64,000 bases of DNA from Collinsella sp. (GTDB lineage Bacteria; Actinomycetota; Coriobacteriia; Coriobacteriales; Coriobacteriaceae): assembly GCA_018365375.1 (NCBI GenBank), contig JAGZKE010000007.1, positions 10,755 to 74,754 of the forward strand, given 5' to 3'. Position 1 is the first letter of the stretch, and every line of letters starts with the position of its first letter. Shown here in pieces: positions 8,706 through 17,926 of this stretch. The notes beneath the pieces are model-generated. The model saw nothing but the letters and a program-made list of their open reading frames with translations. It was not told the origin of the DNA and did not search any database. The position numbers and the translations under genes are program-made.

Positions 8706-11261
8706 CTAGAACGTCTGCTCGTAGTCGCTGTGCTTTTTGGCCGAACGCACCAGGAACTCCTGGTTGGTGTTGGTGCCCTTAAGACCCTTGATAAACGACG
8801 CAGCTGCGCGCTCGGTGTTGTTCATGCCGGCAAGAATGCGACGCAGGCCAAAGACAAACGGACGCATCTGCTCGTCAACCAACAGGTCCTCGTTACGCGT
8901 ACCGGAGGCAACGGGGTCGATAGCCGGGAAGATGCGGCGGTCGGCCAGGTCGCGGTCGAGCTTGAGCTCCATGTTGCCGGTGCCCTTGAACTCCTCAAAG
9001 ATGACCTCGTCCATCTTGGAGCCGGTGTCGATGAGGGCAGAGGCCAGGATGGTGAGCGAGCCACCGTTCTCGATATTGCGGGCTGCGCCCAGAAAGCGCT
9101 TGGGCGGATACAGTGCCGCCGAATCGACGCCGCCCGAAAGGATGCGGCCTGAGGCGGGCGCCGCCAAGTTGTAGGCGCGGGCAAGACGCGTGATGGAGTC
9201 GAGCACCACCACGACATCGCCGCCCAGCTCCACGATGCGCTTGGCGCGCTCGATGACGAGCTCTGCCACACGAGTGTGGTTGTCGGCGGGCATATCGAAG
9301 GTCGACGCCACAACCTCGCCCTTGATGGAACGCTGCATATCGGTGACCTCTTCGGGGCGCTCGTCGACGAGCAGGCAGATGAGGTGCACCTCGGGGTTGT
9401 TGATCGAGATGGACTGGCAGATCTTCTTGAGGATTGTGGTCTTGCCGGCCTTGGGCGGGGACACGATCAAGCCACGCTGACCCTTGCCGATCGGCGACAC
9501 GATGTCGATGGCGCGACCGGTAATGGAGTCCTTGCCATGCTCCATGCGCAGCGGCTCGTTGGGATAGACCGGGGTGAGGTCACCGAACTTGGGGCGGTTG
9601 CGAATCTGCTCGGGGTCTAGACCGTTGACGGTCGTGATTTTGGCGAGGCCGGCGCGCTTGTCGCCGCCGCGCGAAGGACGAAGCGAGCCCTCGATGACGT
9701 CGCCCGTGCGCAGACGCGCGGAGCGGATGAGGTAGGCGGGCACGAAGGCGTCGTCGTTGGACTTCATGTAGCCATGGGCATGGATGATACCGGAGCTGTC
9801 CGGACGAATCTGCAGGATGCCCTTGATGTCGCGGAAGCCCTCGGCCTTCGCGGCGGTGACGTAGATCTCCTCGACGAGCTCGGCTTTCTTCTTGCCGGTC
9901 GTCTCAATCTCGAACTCCTTGGCCTTCTCGCGCAGCTCGGCGACCTTCATGGCCGCGAGCTCCTCGCGCGAAAGCGTGGGCTCGGTGGGAGCGGCATTAC
10001 GCTCCTTGTTGCGCTGCTTGCGATCGCGCTGGCGGTTGCGGCGGTCGTCGTTGCGCTCGTCCTTGCGCTCGTTGCGTTCCTCGTTGCGCTTGTGCTGGCG
10101 ACGGTTGGAACGAGTGCCGTCTTCGGCCTCGGCGGGCGCGGCAACATCGGTTGTGGCGGCGTCGGCATTGACCGCAGCGGCTTCATTGGCCTCGGCGCCA
10201 GAATCGACCTGCGCTTCGACATCAGCCTGATGCTCGGACGCCTTGGCCTTAGCGGACTTCTTACGACCGCGCTTGGGCTTCTCGGACGCAGGCTGTTCGA
10301 CGTCTTGGGGCTCGGCGGCATCAGTCGATGCATCGGCGGTCGTCTCGTCGGAATCCTCGGACGTACCCTTCTTGGCAGCCTTAGCCTTGGACGTGCGCTT
10401 AACAGCAGTGCGACGGCTGCGACCGGGGCGGACGTCGGCGGGCTCGGCATCGGCGGGAGCGGCCTCGGAAGTCGCAGCATCCTGAACGGGTGCATCGGCA
10501 GCGGTTGCAGACTCGGCGGTCGCCGCAGCATCCCGAGCAGCTGCGGCTGCGGCTGCGGCCTTCTCTGCCTCGACGAAGGCCTTGGGCTTGCGACCGCGAC
10601 GGTGCGGGCGCAAAGCCGGATCGACAACGGGAACTTCGCTGGCCTCGACAGGCGCAGCGGGCTCAGTTGGCGATGCGCCCTCCCCTGCCGCGGAACGGAC
10701 CGAAGCCTCAGTGAGCTCGGGGGTTACCTGATCGGCAACCTGCTCGGCCTTAGCAGCCGTGCGACGGCGTGTGCGCGGTGCCGGCTTCTCGGTCGGTTGG
10801 TCGGCGGCAGGGGTCTCGGGCACAGACGGGGCTGCAAGCTCGGTCAGAGCCGCGGCCTCGCGCTCGGCAGCACGACGGCGGGCGCGCACCACCTGAGCCT
10901 CGCTAATCTGCGCCAACGCACGTGCCTGCGCGACCTCATCGGAAATCGGCGCCGAGGAGTCAGCTGCAACGGTGCGCTTGGCGCGCGTCGTGCGCGTGGT
11001 ACGGCGCTTGGGCTTGGTGACCTCCTCGCCGTCAGCAGCAGGCTTGGTCGTGCGGCGCGTACGCTTGGGCTTTGCCAGAGCAGCCTCCTCACCAGTTGCA
11101 GGCACGGCCTTCTCAGCCGCTGCAGGCGTAGGCGTCGAAGCAGCCTTAGGCGTCTCAGGAGCCGAGGCTTGCGCGGGCGCCGCGACCTGGTCCGACGCAA
11201 CCGGTGCAGCGGGAGCGGTCTGCGTCGTCGTTATTTCGTTTTCTTGCTGTTGATCAGACAC
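8706..11261 (-). CDS. rho: Transcription termination factor Rho with long N-terminal insertion
   Basis: 'PIGKGQRGLIVSPPKAGKT', 'DERPEEVTDM', 'EEFKGTGNME'; ~430 aa low-complexity N-terminus. Confidence 0.97.
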   Translation of the reverse strand: MSDQQQENEITTTQTAPAAPVASDQVAAPAQASAPETPKAASTPTPAAAEKAVPATGEEAALAKPKRTRRTTKPAADGEEVTKPKRRTTRTTRAKRTVAADSSAPISDEVAQARALAQISEAQVVRARRRAAEREAAALTELAAPSVPETPAADQPTEKPAPRTRRRTAAKAEQVADQVTPELTEASVRSAAGEGASPTEPAAPVEASEVPVVDPALRPHRRGRKPKAFVEAEKAAAAAAAARDAAATAESATAADAPVQDAATSEAAPADAEPADVRPGRSRRTAVKRTSKAKAAKKGTSEDSDETTADASTDAAEPQDVEQPASEKPKRGRKKSAKAKASEHQADVEAQVDSGAEANEAAAVNADAATTDVAAPAEAEDGTRSNRRQHKRNEERNERKDERNDDRRNRQRDRKQRNKERNAAPTEPTLSREELAAMKVAELREKAKEFEIETTGKKKAELVEEIYVTAAKAEGFRDIKGILQIRPDSSGIIHAHGYMKSNDDAFVPAYLIRSARLRTGDVIEGSLRPSRGGDKRAGLAKITTVNGLDPEQIRNRPKFGDLTPVYPNEPLRMEHGKDSITGRAIDIVSPIGKGQRGLIVSPPKAGKTTILKKICQSISINNPEVHLICLLVDERPEEVTDMQRSIKGEVVASTFDMPADNHTRVAELVIERAKRIVELGGDVVVVLDSITRLARAYNLAAPASGRILSGGVDSAALYPPKRFLGAARNIENGGSLTILASALIDTGSKMDEVIFEEFKGTGNMELKLDRDLADRRIFPAIDPVASGTRNEDLLVDEQMRPFVFGLRRILAGMNNTERAAASFIKGLKGTNTNQEFLVRSAKKHSDYEQTF

Positions 11262-11435
11262 AGTGTTTGCTCAACTTTCTTTTCAAGCCCTGTGATCACA
11301 TGCTCCCTGCATAAACCTTCAGGGCGGCTAAACAGTCTAGCTCCGTCAAATACCGACGGACATCATTGATCTGTATCGAGATATTTGCGTCATATACGCA
11401 GCGTTAGTGTAACACAACCGCCGCCACCTGCAACT

Positions 11436-11485
11436 TAGTCATTGGGGACGTTCTTAAACGACTATTCAAAAGGGACACTCTTTGG
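11436..11485. repeat. GGGAC-loop palindrome, family D
   Basis: tagtcattggggacgttcttaaacgacta plus gggacactc; near-identical to 32168. Confidence 0.8.
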
Positions 11486-11517
11486 TTTACCGCCCACAAA
11501 TCTGACTGCCTCCGCCA

Positions 11518-11667
11518 AAACTATGGCGGTTTACTACGATGAATCGCTCAACCGCGACCACTCCGAAACTTGTTGAACTAAAACCGCAGGTAGATGCCTT
11601 GCACTTTTTAGCTAAAAGCCGGCGTGGTTGGAATATCTCAATTCATCGTAGTAAACCGGCATAGTTT
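11518..11667. repeat. Long inverted-repeat element with internal ACCTGCGGTTTT motif
   Basis: 27-bp arms aaactatggcggtttactacgatgaat / attcatcgtagtaaaccggcatagttt with 1 mismatch; aaaaccgcaggt at 11580. Confidence 0.85.
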
Positions 11668-11711
11668 CGTATTTCCAGCAGTTCCAAATTCGTCAATACG
11701 TCGGCGTTTGC

Positions 11712-11745
11712 AAAAAAGCCCGACCTCCGTGGGAGATCGGGCTTT
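11712..11745 (-). terminator. Intrinsic terminator after argS
   Basis: aaaaaagcccgacctcc-gtg-ggagatcgggcttt. Confidence 0.8.
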
Positions 11746-11790
11746 CAAGGCTTAGTTAAACCAAGTCTGTACGGTCAAATGACCCGCAGA

Positions 11791-13644
11791 TTACATCTGC
11801 TCGGGAGCGGAGACACCAACAAGGGTGAGCACCAGGGCGAGCGTCACGCGGACGGCATCGCAAGCGGCCAGACGGGCACGCGAAAGCTCGGGGTCGACGG
11901 GACGGCCCTCGCTCGGCAGCACCTGGCAAGCAGCATAGAAGCTGTGGAAGTCGCCGGCGAGCTCCTCGGCAAAGTGCGTCAGACGGAACGGAGCGCGGTC
12001 GCGAGCGCAGCTGGCGATGAGGTCGGTGAGCTCGTTGAGCTTACGCGAAAGGGCGAGCTCGGTCGGGTCGGTCAGCAGCGAGTAATCGACGTTCTCACCG
12101 ATGGCCTTGGCGGCAACGGCCTTCATGCCCATCTCGTCAGCCTGCTCGGGCGTAACGTCAGCGGCACGACGCAGGATGGAGCACACGCGGGCGTGAGCGT
12201 ACTGCACGTAATAGACCGGGTTGGAGTTGTCGCGCTTCTTGACGGCCTCGATATCGAAGTCGACCATCTGGTTGGAGCTCTTGGAGATGAGCGTGTAACG
12301 AGCGGCGTCGGAGCCAACCTCGTCGACGAGCTCCTGCAGGGTCACCATGGTGCCCTTGCGCTTGGACATACGGACGGGCTTGCCGTTACGCAGCAGGTTG
12401 ACGAGCTGGCCCAGCAGAACCTCGAACTTGCCGGGGTAACCCAAGGCATCGCAGACGCAGCGGACGCGCTCGATGTAGCCGTGGTGGTCGGCGCCCCAGA
12501 TGTCGATGACGTGGTCGACGCGCTGGAACTTATCCCAGTGATAGGCGACGTCGGAGGCAAAGTAGGTGTACTCGCCGTCGGACTTGATCAGCACGCGGTC
12601 CTTGTCGTCGCCCAGATCGGTGGAACGGAACCACAGGGCGCCGTCCTTGGTATAGAGGTAGCCCATCTTGTCGAGCTTCTCAAAAGCGCGGTCGACGGCG
12701 GAGGTGCCGGCGGTCTCGCCCTCGGTGTCCTTCACATACAGCGAGCGCTCGGAGAACCAACGATCGAAGTCGCAATTGACGGCGTGGCAGAGGTCGCGCA
12801 TGTTGTCGACCATCTTTACGTAGCCGCGCTCGCGGAAGCTCTCCATGCGCTCCTGAGGATCGGCGTCGACCCACTTATCGCCGTCGGTGCGCCAGAACTC
12901 AGCAGCCTCGTCGATGATGTAGTCGCCGCCGTAGGAGTCCTTGCCCAGGGTCTCGGCAAAGTTGTCCTGATACGGATGGGTCTCGGGATGCTCGTCGTTC
13001 TCGTCGGCGACAAAGGCGTCGCGGTCGGCGATCAAGATCTTGTGAGCCTCGTCGATATCCACGCCCTGCTTGGCGATGATGTCGGCAAGCTGCATATAGC
13101 GCGTGCTGATGGAGTTGCCGAAGGTGTTCATCTGAGAGCCGTGGTCGTTGATGTAGAACTCACGCTGGATGTCGTAACCGGCGTGGTCCATAACACGGCA
13201 GAGCGAGTCGCCCAGCGCGGCCCAGCGGCCGTGGCCAATGTGCATGGGGCCGACGGGGTTGGCGGAAACGAACTCGACCTGGGTCTTCAGGCCACCACCG
13301 ACGTTGGACTTAGCGAAGTCCATGCCCTTCTCGCGAGCCTCGCCAAAGATGGCATTCTTGACGGCAACGGAGAGGTAGAAGTTGATGAAGCCAGGGCCTG
13401 CGATCTCGACTTTCTCAATCGCGGGGTCCTCGGGCATATGGGCAACGATGGCCTCGGCGATCTTGCGCGGGGCGCAGTGGGCCAGCTTGGCGGACTTCAG
13501 GGCCATGGTAGAGGTCCACTCGCCATGAGAAGTGTCAGCCGGTCGCTCGATAGCGCAATCGTCAAGTTCAAATGCGGAAAGGTCGCCGGCCTCCTGGGCC
13601 GCAGCAAGCGCAGCGCGTACCAGCTCTTCAATCTTCTCGGGCAT
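11791..13644 (-). CDS. argS: Arginine--tRNA ligase
   Basis: 'EFVSANPVGPMHIGHGR' (HIGH), 'MSKRKG', 'YYVQYAHARVCSILR'; SD AAGGAGG. Confidence 0.97.
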   Translation of the reverse strand: MPEKIEELVRAALAAAQEAGDLSAFELDDCAIERPADTSHGEWTSTMALKSAKLAHCAPRKIAEAIVAHMPEDPAIEKVEIAGPGFINFYLSVAVKNAIFGEAREKGMDFAKSNVGGGLKTQVEFVSANPVGPMHIGHGRWAALGDSLCRVMDHAGYDIQREFYINDHGSQMNTFGNSISTRYMQLADIIAKQGVDIDEAHKILIADRDAFVADENDEHPETHPYQDNFAETLGKDSYGGDYIIDEAAEFWRTDGDKWVDADPQERMESFRERGYVKMVDNMRDLCHAVNCDFDRWFSERSLYVKDTEGETAGTSAVDRAFEKLDKMGYLYTKDGALWFRSTDLGDDKDRVLIKSDGEYTYFASDVAYHWDKFQRVDHVIDIWGADHHGYIERVRCVCDALGYPGKFEVLLGQLVNLLRNGKPVRMSKRKGTMVTLQELVDEVGSDAARYTLISKSSNQMVDFDIEAVKKRDNSNPVYYVQYAHARVCSILRRAADVTPEQADEMGMKAVAAKAIGENVDYSLLTDPTELALSRKLNELTDLIASCARDRAPFRLTHFAEELAGDFHSFYAACQVLPSEGRPVDPELSRARLAACDAVRVTLALVLTLVGVSAPEQM

Positions 13645-13986
13645 AGATCCTCCTTGTGTTAAAGCCCCCGAGCTCTTGGTCACTCGTAGGGCAAAAGCCA
13701 GAGTTTGTAGCACTCTATCACAAGCGACGGGCACTGTCGCAGGGTAAAGCCAATCGATATTGCATATGCACAAAATTGACTACAGCTTGTATGGAGTCAC
13801 TCAAAGATGCCGGTCTGCCTGCAGATTATGCAGGCGTTGAAAATGCATAAAGGTGTGAATGAGCTGCGTCTGTTATCGAATACTCTTACCTATCGGAGTT
13901 GTGTGCTTTTCCTGCATAAAGTGAGAATTTGCGCACGTCAGCGTGTTATTCTAGACATACGTAAATTCGTATAAGTTGGAGGTAGC

Positions 13987-14472
13987 ATGTTCTCAATCGG
14001 TCAACACGTCATTCATCCGGGTCAGGGAGTCTGCACCGTCGTCGGTTTTAGGGACGACACGCCGCAGCCCATGCTGCTGCTCGAGACCAAGCAGGGACAT
14101 GCGCAGACGATCCTCATGTACCCCGTGGCGCAGGCCGATCGTTTGCACGCCGCCATCTCTCAGCAAGATGCCGAGCACCTGCTGAGCCACTATGACGAGC
14201 TGGAGTGCGACACCTTCACCGAGCGCAACAGCTCACTTGAGGAGACGCACTTTAAGCAGCAGCTCAAGCTGGGTGCGCCCGAGACGGTCCGCGTGGCAAA
14301 GACCATGATGCACCGCATTCGCCAGGCCGAGGAAGCTGATAAAAAGCCCAGCTCCTACTACATGCGCGTACTCAAGGAAGCCAAGCGCCGCTCCATCGAG
14401 GAGTTCGCCGTGGCCTTGGGCGTCACCGAGGAGGCCGCCGAAGCTCGCCTAGCTCAAGCCGCCCTCAATTAA
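13987..14472 (+). CDS. CarD family RNA polymerase-binding regulator
   Basis: 'MFSIGQHVIHPGQGVCTV' matches the CarD/TRCF RID start; 161 aa; SD GGAGG. Confidence 0.8.
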   Translation: MFSIGQHVIHPGQGVCTVVGFRDDTPQPMLLLETKQGHAQTILMYPVAQADRLHAAISQQDAEHLLSHYDELECDTFTERNSSLEETHFKQQLKLGAPETVRVAKTMMHRIRQAEEADKKPSSYYMRVLKEAKRRSIEEFAVALGVTEEAAEARLAQAALN

Positions 14473-14515
14473 CCTGCCAAAAAGGGACAGGTTTATTTTG
14501 GCAGGTTTTATCTGG
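14471..14515 (+). repeat. REP-like palindrome, family A (left flank of RAYT)
   Basis: aacctgccaaaa-agggacaggtttat-tttggcaggtt then ttatctgg. Confidence 0.9.
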
Positions 14516-14828
14516 CCAAACATCAACAAACAATCAGTAAATGGTCGGGTGCTCCGTTTTGTTTAAGAGCGCCCGACCATTTTTCTATCGCCGTAAAAAT
14601 GCGTGAAGCCCATTTGCGATGACATCACGCAAGGGCCGTCCAGATCGACGTAACCAACGCCCGCATCCACAACAAGCGCGCCCGTCTTACTCAATTACCA
14701 TTAAAAAGCATCAATTTGAAAACGCAATTATATTTCGGCAGGTAGCAGCTATAGTCGGTGAACTGAATCTCGACAACCGAAGCCCCCGAATGAGGTATCT
14801 TCAGCCCATCCAAGCTAAAGGAGGGGCC

Positions 14829-15587
14829 ATGCCGAGAAAACCTCGTTCAAAGTCACCAACCGGTTATTTCCACGTCACGTTGCGTGGAAACGGAGGGCAA
14901 TTGCTGTTTGACGATGCCGAGGACCGAATCGCCATGCTTCAGATCCTCGATGCGATCCTCCCCAAACACAATATCGAGCTTATCGCTTGGTGTCTTATGG
15001 GGAGCCACATTCATCTACTCATCGACGATCCGGACGACCGTAAGAGCGACGCGATGCACGCGGTAGCCGTATCGTATGCGGGCAGGTACAATGCGCGGAC
15101 AGGGCATATCGGCCACGTGTTTCAGGAACGGTTTTGGGATTCGCCCATTAAGTCGGAAGTATATTTACTCGAAGCAATTCGATACATCCATCTGAATCCA
15201 CAAAAAGCAGGACTGGCGGCATATGACGAATATCCCTGGAGCAGCCATCGCGAGTATCTAATGAGCGCCAGGTCACGGCCGCATGTCACCGGCAGCGTTG
15301 TCGGTGTTTTATTCCCAACACCTCGCTCATACCTTAAGCTCATGGAAAGCACGCCGTCGCTTCCCTATCGCCCCAGCGCAACAGCCAAGGTTCGCGAGGA
15401 AGATCTATGCGAATTTGGCACGGCAATCGTGCAGAGTGTCGCAGGATGTGCTCCGACGGAACTTAAATCCGTCTCCAAGCCACTTCGCAATGAGGCGATT
15501 CTCGCACTTCGAAAACAAGGGCTAACGGTTAAGCAGGTTCAGCTGCTGACCGGACTGGGAACATGGATTATCAAGAACGCGTCCTAA
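14829..15587 (+). CDS. REP-associated tyrosine transposase (RAYT, Y1 HUH family)
   Basis: 'MPRKPR..YFHVTLRGN', HUH 'CLMGSHIHLL', 'GHVFQERF', catalytic Tyr 'YIHLNPQKAG', 'YPWSS'; SD AAAGGAGG. Confidence 0.9.
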   Translation: MPRKPRSKSPTGYFHVTLRGNGGQLLFDDAEDRIAMLQILDAILPKHNIELIAWCLMGSHIHLLIDDPDDRKSDAMHAVAVSYAGRYNARTGHIGHVFQERFWDSPIKSEVYLLEAIRYIHLNPQKAGLAAYDEYPWSSHREYLMSARSRPHVTGSVVGVLFPTPRSYLKLMESTPSLPYRPSATAKVREEDLCEFGTAIVQSVAGCAPTELKSVSKPLRNEAILALRKQGLTVKQVQLLTGLGTWIIKNAS

Positions 15588-15712
15588 CGTCGCGTTTACC
15601 GAGTTACGGATACGGCGAAGCGCAACTGCCTGCCGCGAGGCACCGCATTCGCCAGCGTCTCCATGTCAAACAGAAAACGCTTCCGCTGAATAACGTCCAA
15701 CGGAAGCGTTTT

Positions 15713-15758
15713 CCCAGATAAAATCTACCAAAATAAACCTGTCCCAATTTGGCAGGTT
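15713..15758 (-). repeat. REP-like palindrome, family A (right flank of RAYT)
   Basis: Reverse complement aacctgccaaattgggacaggtttattttggtagattttatctggg. Confidence 0.9.
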
Positions 15759-16356
15759 AGGCCTGGAAGGTGTCGCGGTCGGGCGCGAAGGACTGCATGG
15801 CCGCGATGGTGCGGTCAAAGAGCTCGGGGAGCTCCCAGCCGAGCATCTCGGCGCCCTGCGAAATCACGTCGCGCGAGCAGCCGGCGGCAAAGCGCTTGTC
15901 CTTGAACTTCTTCTTGAGCGACTTGGCCGTAAAGTCCATGACGCTCTTGCTCGGACGCATGGTCACGGCAGCACCGATCAGGCCGGTGAGCTCGTCGCAA
16001 GCAAACAGGATCTTCTCCATCTGCAGCTCGGGCTTGGGCAGCGAGGTATTGAAATCGGACGTGTGCGTCTGAATAGCGCGAATGAGTTCGGGAGAGGCAC
16101 CCTCGCCCTCAAGGATCTCGGCCGCATAGATGGTGTGGTTCACGGGATCGTCCTCATGCTCCTCCCAATCCAGGTCGTGCAGCAAACCGACGATGCCCCA
16201 AAACTCCTCGTTCTCGGGGTCGAACTCGCGCGCAAAGTAGCGCATGGTGCCCTCGACCGTTTCGCCGTGGGTGATGTGGAACGGGTCCTTGTTGTGCTCG
16301 TTGAGCAATTCGAACGCACGGTCGCGGGTGATTCCGGCGGAAAGCGTCTGGGACAT
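15757..16356 (-). CDS. HDIG/HD-domain hydrolase
   Basis: 'GLLHDLDWE', 'DELTGLI', 'KSLKKKFKDKRFAAG'; SD GGAGG. Confidence 0.88.
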   Translation of the reverse strand: MSQTLSAGITRDRAFELLNEHNKDPFHITHGETVEGTMRYFAREFDPENEEFWGIVGLLHDLDWEEHEDDPVNHTIYAAEILEGEGASPELIRAIQTHTSDFNTSLPKPELQMEKILFACDELTGLIGAAVTMRPSKSVMDFTAKSLKKKFKDKRFAAGCSRDVISQGAEMLGWELPELFDRTIAAMQSFAPDRDTFQA

Positions 16357-16482
16357 GGCAATACCTCCAGGTGAGTCGGTGCTAAGACACGGTGTCACTA
16401 TCGTATATCGCCGCGGCTCAAGCCGAAAGGCAGAAAAAGCATGCGGAGGAAAAAGCCGGGCGAACGCGTCGCCCGGCAAAAC

Positions 16483-16528
16483 CGCAGATAAAACCTGCCA
16501 AAATAAACCTGTCCCTTTTTGGTAGGTT
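16483..16528 (-). repeat. REP-like palindrome, family A, third copy
   Basis: gcagataaaacctgccaaaataaacctgtccctttttggtaggtt. Confidence 0.9.
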
Positions 16529-17814
16529 TAGGGGCGGACCTGGCCGGTGCCTCGGAGCTTGTATTTGTAGGTGGTGAGGGCCTCGGCGGCAAAGGGGCCG
16601 CGGGCGTGGAGCTTTTGGGTCGAGATGCCGATCTCGGCGCCCAGGCCAAACTCGCCGCCGTCAGTGAAGCGAGTGCTGGCGTTGGAGTACACGGCCGAGG
16701 CATCGACCGCATCCAGGAAGCGCTCGCAAGCATCCGTGTCCTCGGCAACGATGGCCTCGGAGTGCATCGTGCCGTAGCGATTGATGTGTGCGATGGCCTC
16801 GTCCTCGTTTGCCACGACCTTCATGCTCATCTCGAGCGCCAGATACTCGCGACCCCAGTCCTCCTCAGTCGCGGCAACGTAGTCATCGCCCTCGGCAAGC
16901 CCGGCGTCGGCGCATGCGGCGCACGTGGCCTCGTCGCCGTGAATGAGCACGCCGTGGTCATGCAGCACGGCCACGACCGCGGGCAAAAACGCATCGGCCA
17001 CGGCACGGTCGACCAGCAGCGACTCGACGGCATTGCACACGCCCACGCGCTGTGTCTTAGCGTTGACGATAATATTGAGCGCTTTATCGAAGTCGGCGGA
17101 TTCATGCACGTAGATGTGGCAGTTACCCGTGCCCGTCTCGATCACCGGAACGAGCGACTCGCGCACGCAGCGCTGGATCAGGCCCGCACCGCCACGCGGA
17201 ATGAGCACATCGACGACGCCGCGGAGCTTCATGAGCTCGCCAGTGGCCTCGCGGTCGGTGGACTCGATCATCGAGATAGCCTCGCGCGGGAAGCCCTTGG
17301 TCTCGAGCGCATCGGCCAGCAGCTCAGAAATCATGGCGCACGAGTGATAGGCCAGCGAGCCGCCGCGCAGAATGCAGGCGTTGCCGGTGCGGATGCAGAT
17401 GCCCGCGGCGTCGGCCGTCACGTTGGGGCGCGCCTCGTAGACCATGGCAACCAGGCCCAGCGGCACACTCACGCGCGTAAGGTCCACGCCACTCGCAAGC
17501 ACACGGTGATCGAGCACGCGGCCCACGGGATCGGGCAGCTCGGCAAGCTTCTCCAGGCCGGCGGCCATGCTCTCAACGCGCTCGGGCGTCAGCAGCAAGC
17601 GGTCGAGCAATCCGGCCGAGGTGCCTGCGTCACGCGCAGCGGACATATCGAGCTCGTTGGCGGCGACGATGGAGTCGACACCGTTGCGCAGTGCTGCGGC
17701 CATGGCGCGCACGGCCTCCTGGCGCTGCTCGTCGCTCGCCGTGGCAAGCGAGGCCGACGCTGCCTTGGCGGCAACGGCAAGATCGTGGACATACGTGGCT
17801 ATATCGACCGACAT
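16528..17814 (-). CDS. proA: Gamma-glutamyl phosphate reductase
   Basis: 'YEARPNVT', 'GNCHIYV', 'NASTRFTDGGEFGLGAEIGISTQKLHARGP'. Confidence 0.97.
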   Translation of the reverse strand: MSVDIATYVHDLAVAAKAASASLATASDEQRQEAVRAMAAALRNGVDSIVAANELDMSAARDAGTSAGLLDRLLLTPERVESMAAGLEKLAELPDPVGRVLDHRVLASGVDLTRVSVPLGLVAMVYEARPNVTADAAGICIRTGNACILRGGSLAYHSCAMISELLADALETKGFPREAISMIESTDREATGELMKLRGVVDVLIPRGGAGLIQRCVRESLVPVIETGTGNCHIYVHESADFDKALNIIVNAKTQRVGVCNAVESLLVDRAVADAFLPAVVAVLHDHGVLIHGDEATCAACADAGLAEGDDYVAATEEDWGREYLALEMSMKVVANEDEAIAHINRYGTMHSEAIVAEDTDACERFLDAVDASAVYSNASTRFTDGGEFGLGAEIGISTQKLHARGPFAAEALTTYKYKLRGTGQVRP

Positions 17815-17926
17815 GGGCGGCCCTTTCTCCTAGAAGTTTGCAACCATGGTAGCCGATTTGCGCATGACCTCACCTGCGGCGGTAGAATTGGTCAACCCGA
17901 AACACCGCAACGAACGGAAGCATCAC

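Larger units (their letters stand above)
14471..15758 (+). mobile_element. REPtron-like unit: RAYT gene between inverted REP-like palindromes
   Basis: The same ~45-bp element lies in opposite orientations at 14471 and 15713-15758 around an HUH transposase. Confidence 0.75.

Noticed and set aside
13745..13940. AT-rich argS-carD spacer with gcctgca/tgcaggc palindrome, possibly a decayed ACCTGC-core element
   Set aside because: Arms too short and degenerate to support a call; could be ordinary divergent promoter DNA
14619..14828. N-terminal extensions in the ORF track (also argS, trpS, cadA, pckA, nitroreductase and others)
   Set aside because: SD position and family N-termini point to downstream starts; some extensions simply read through repeats
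14829..15587. IS200/IS605 element with TnpB or omega-RNA
   Set aside because: No tnpB/iscB adjacent; protein length and motifs are RAYT-type
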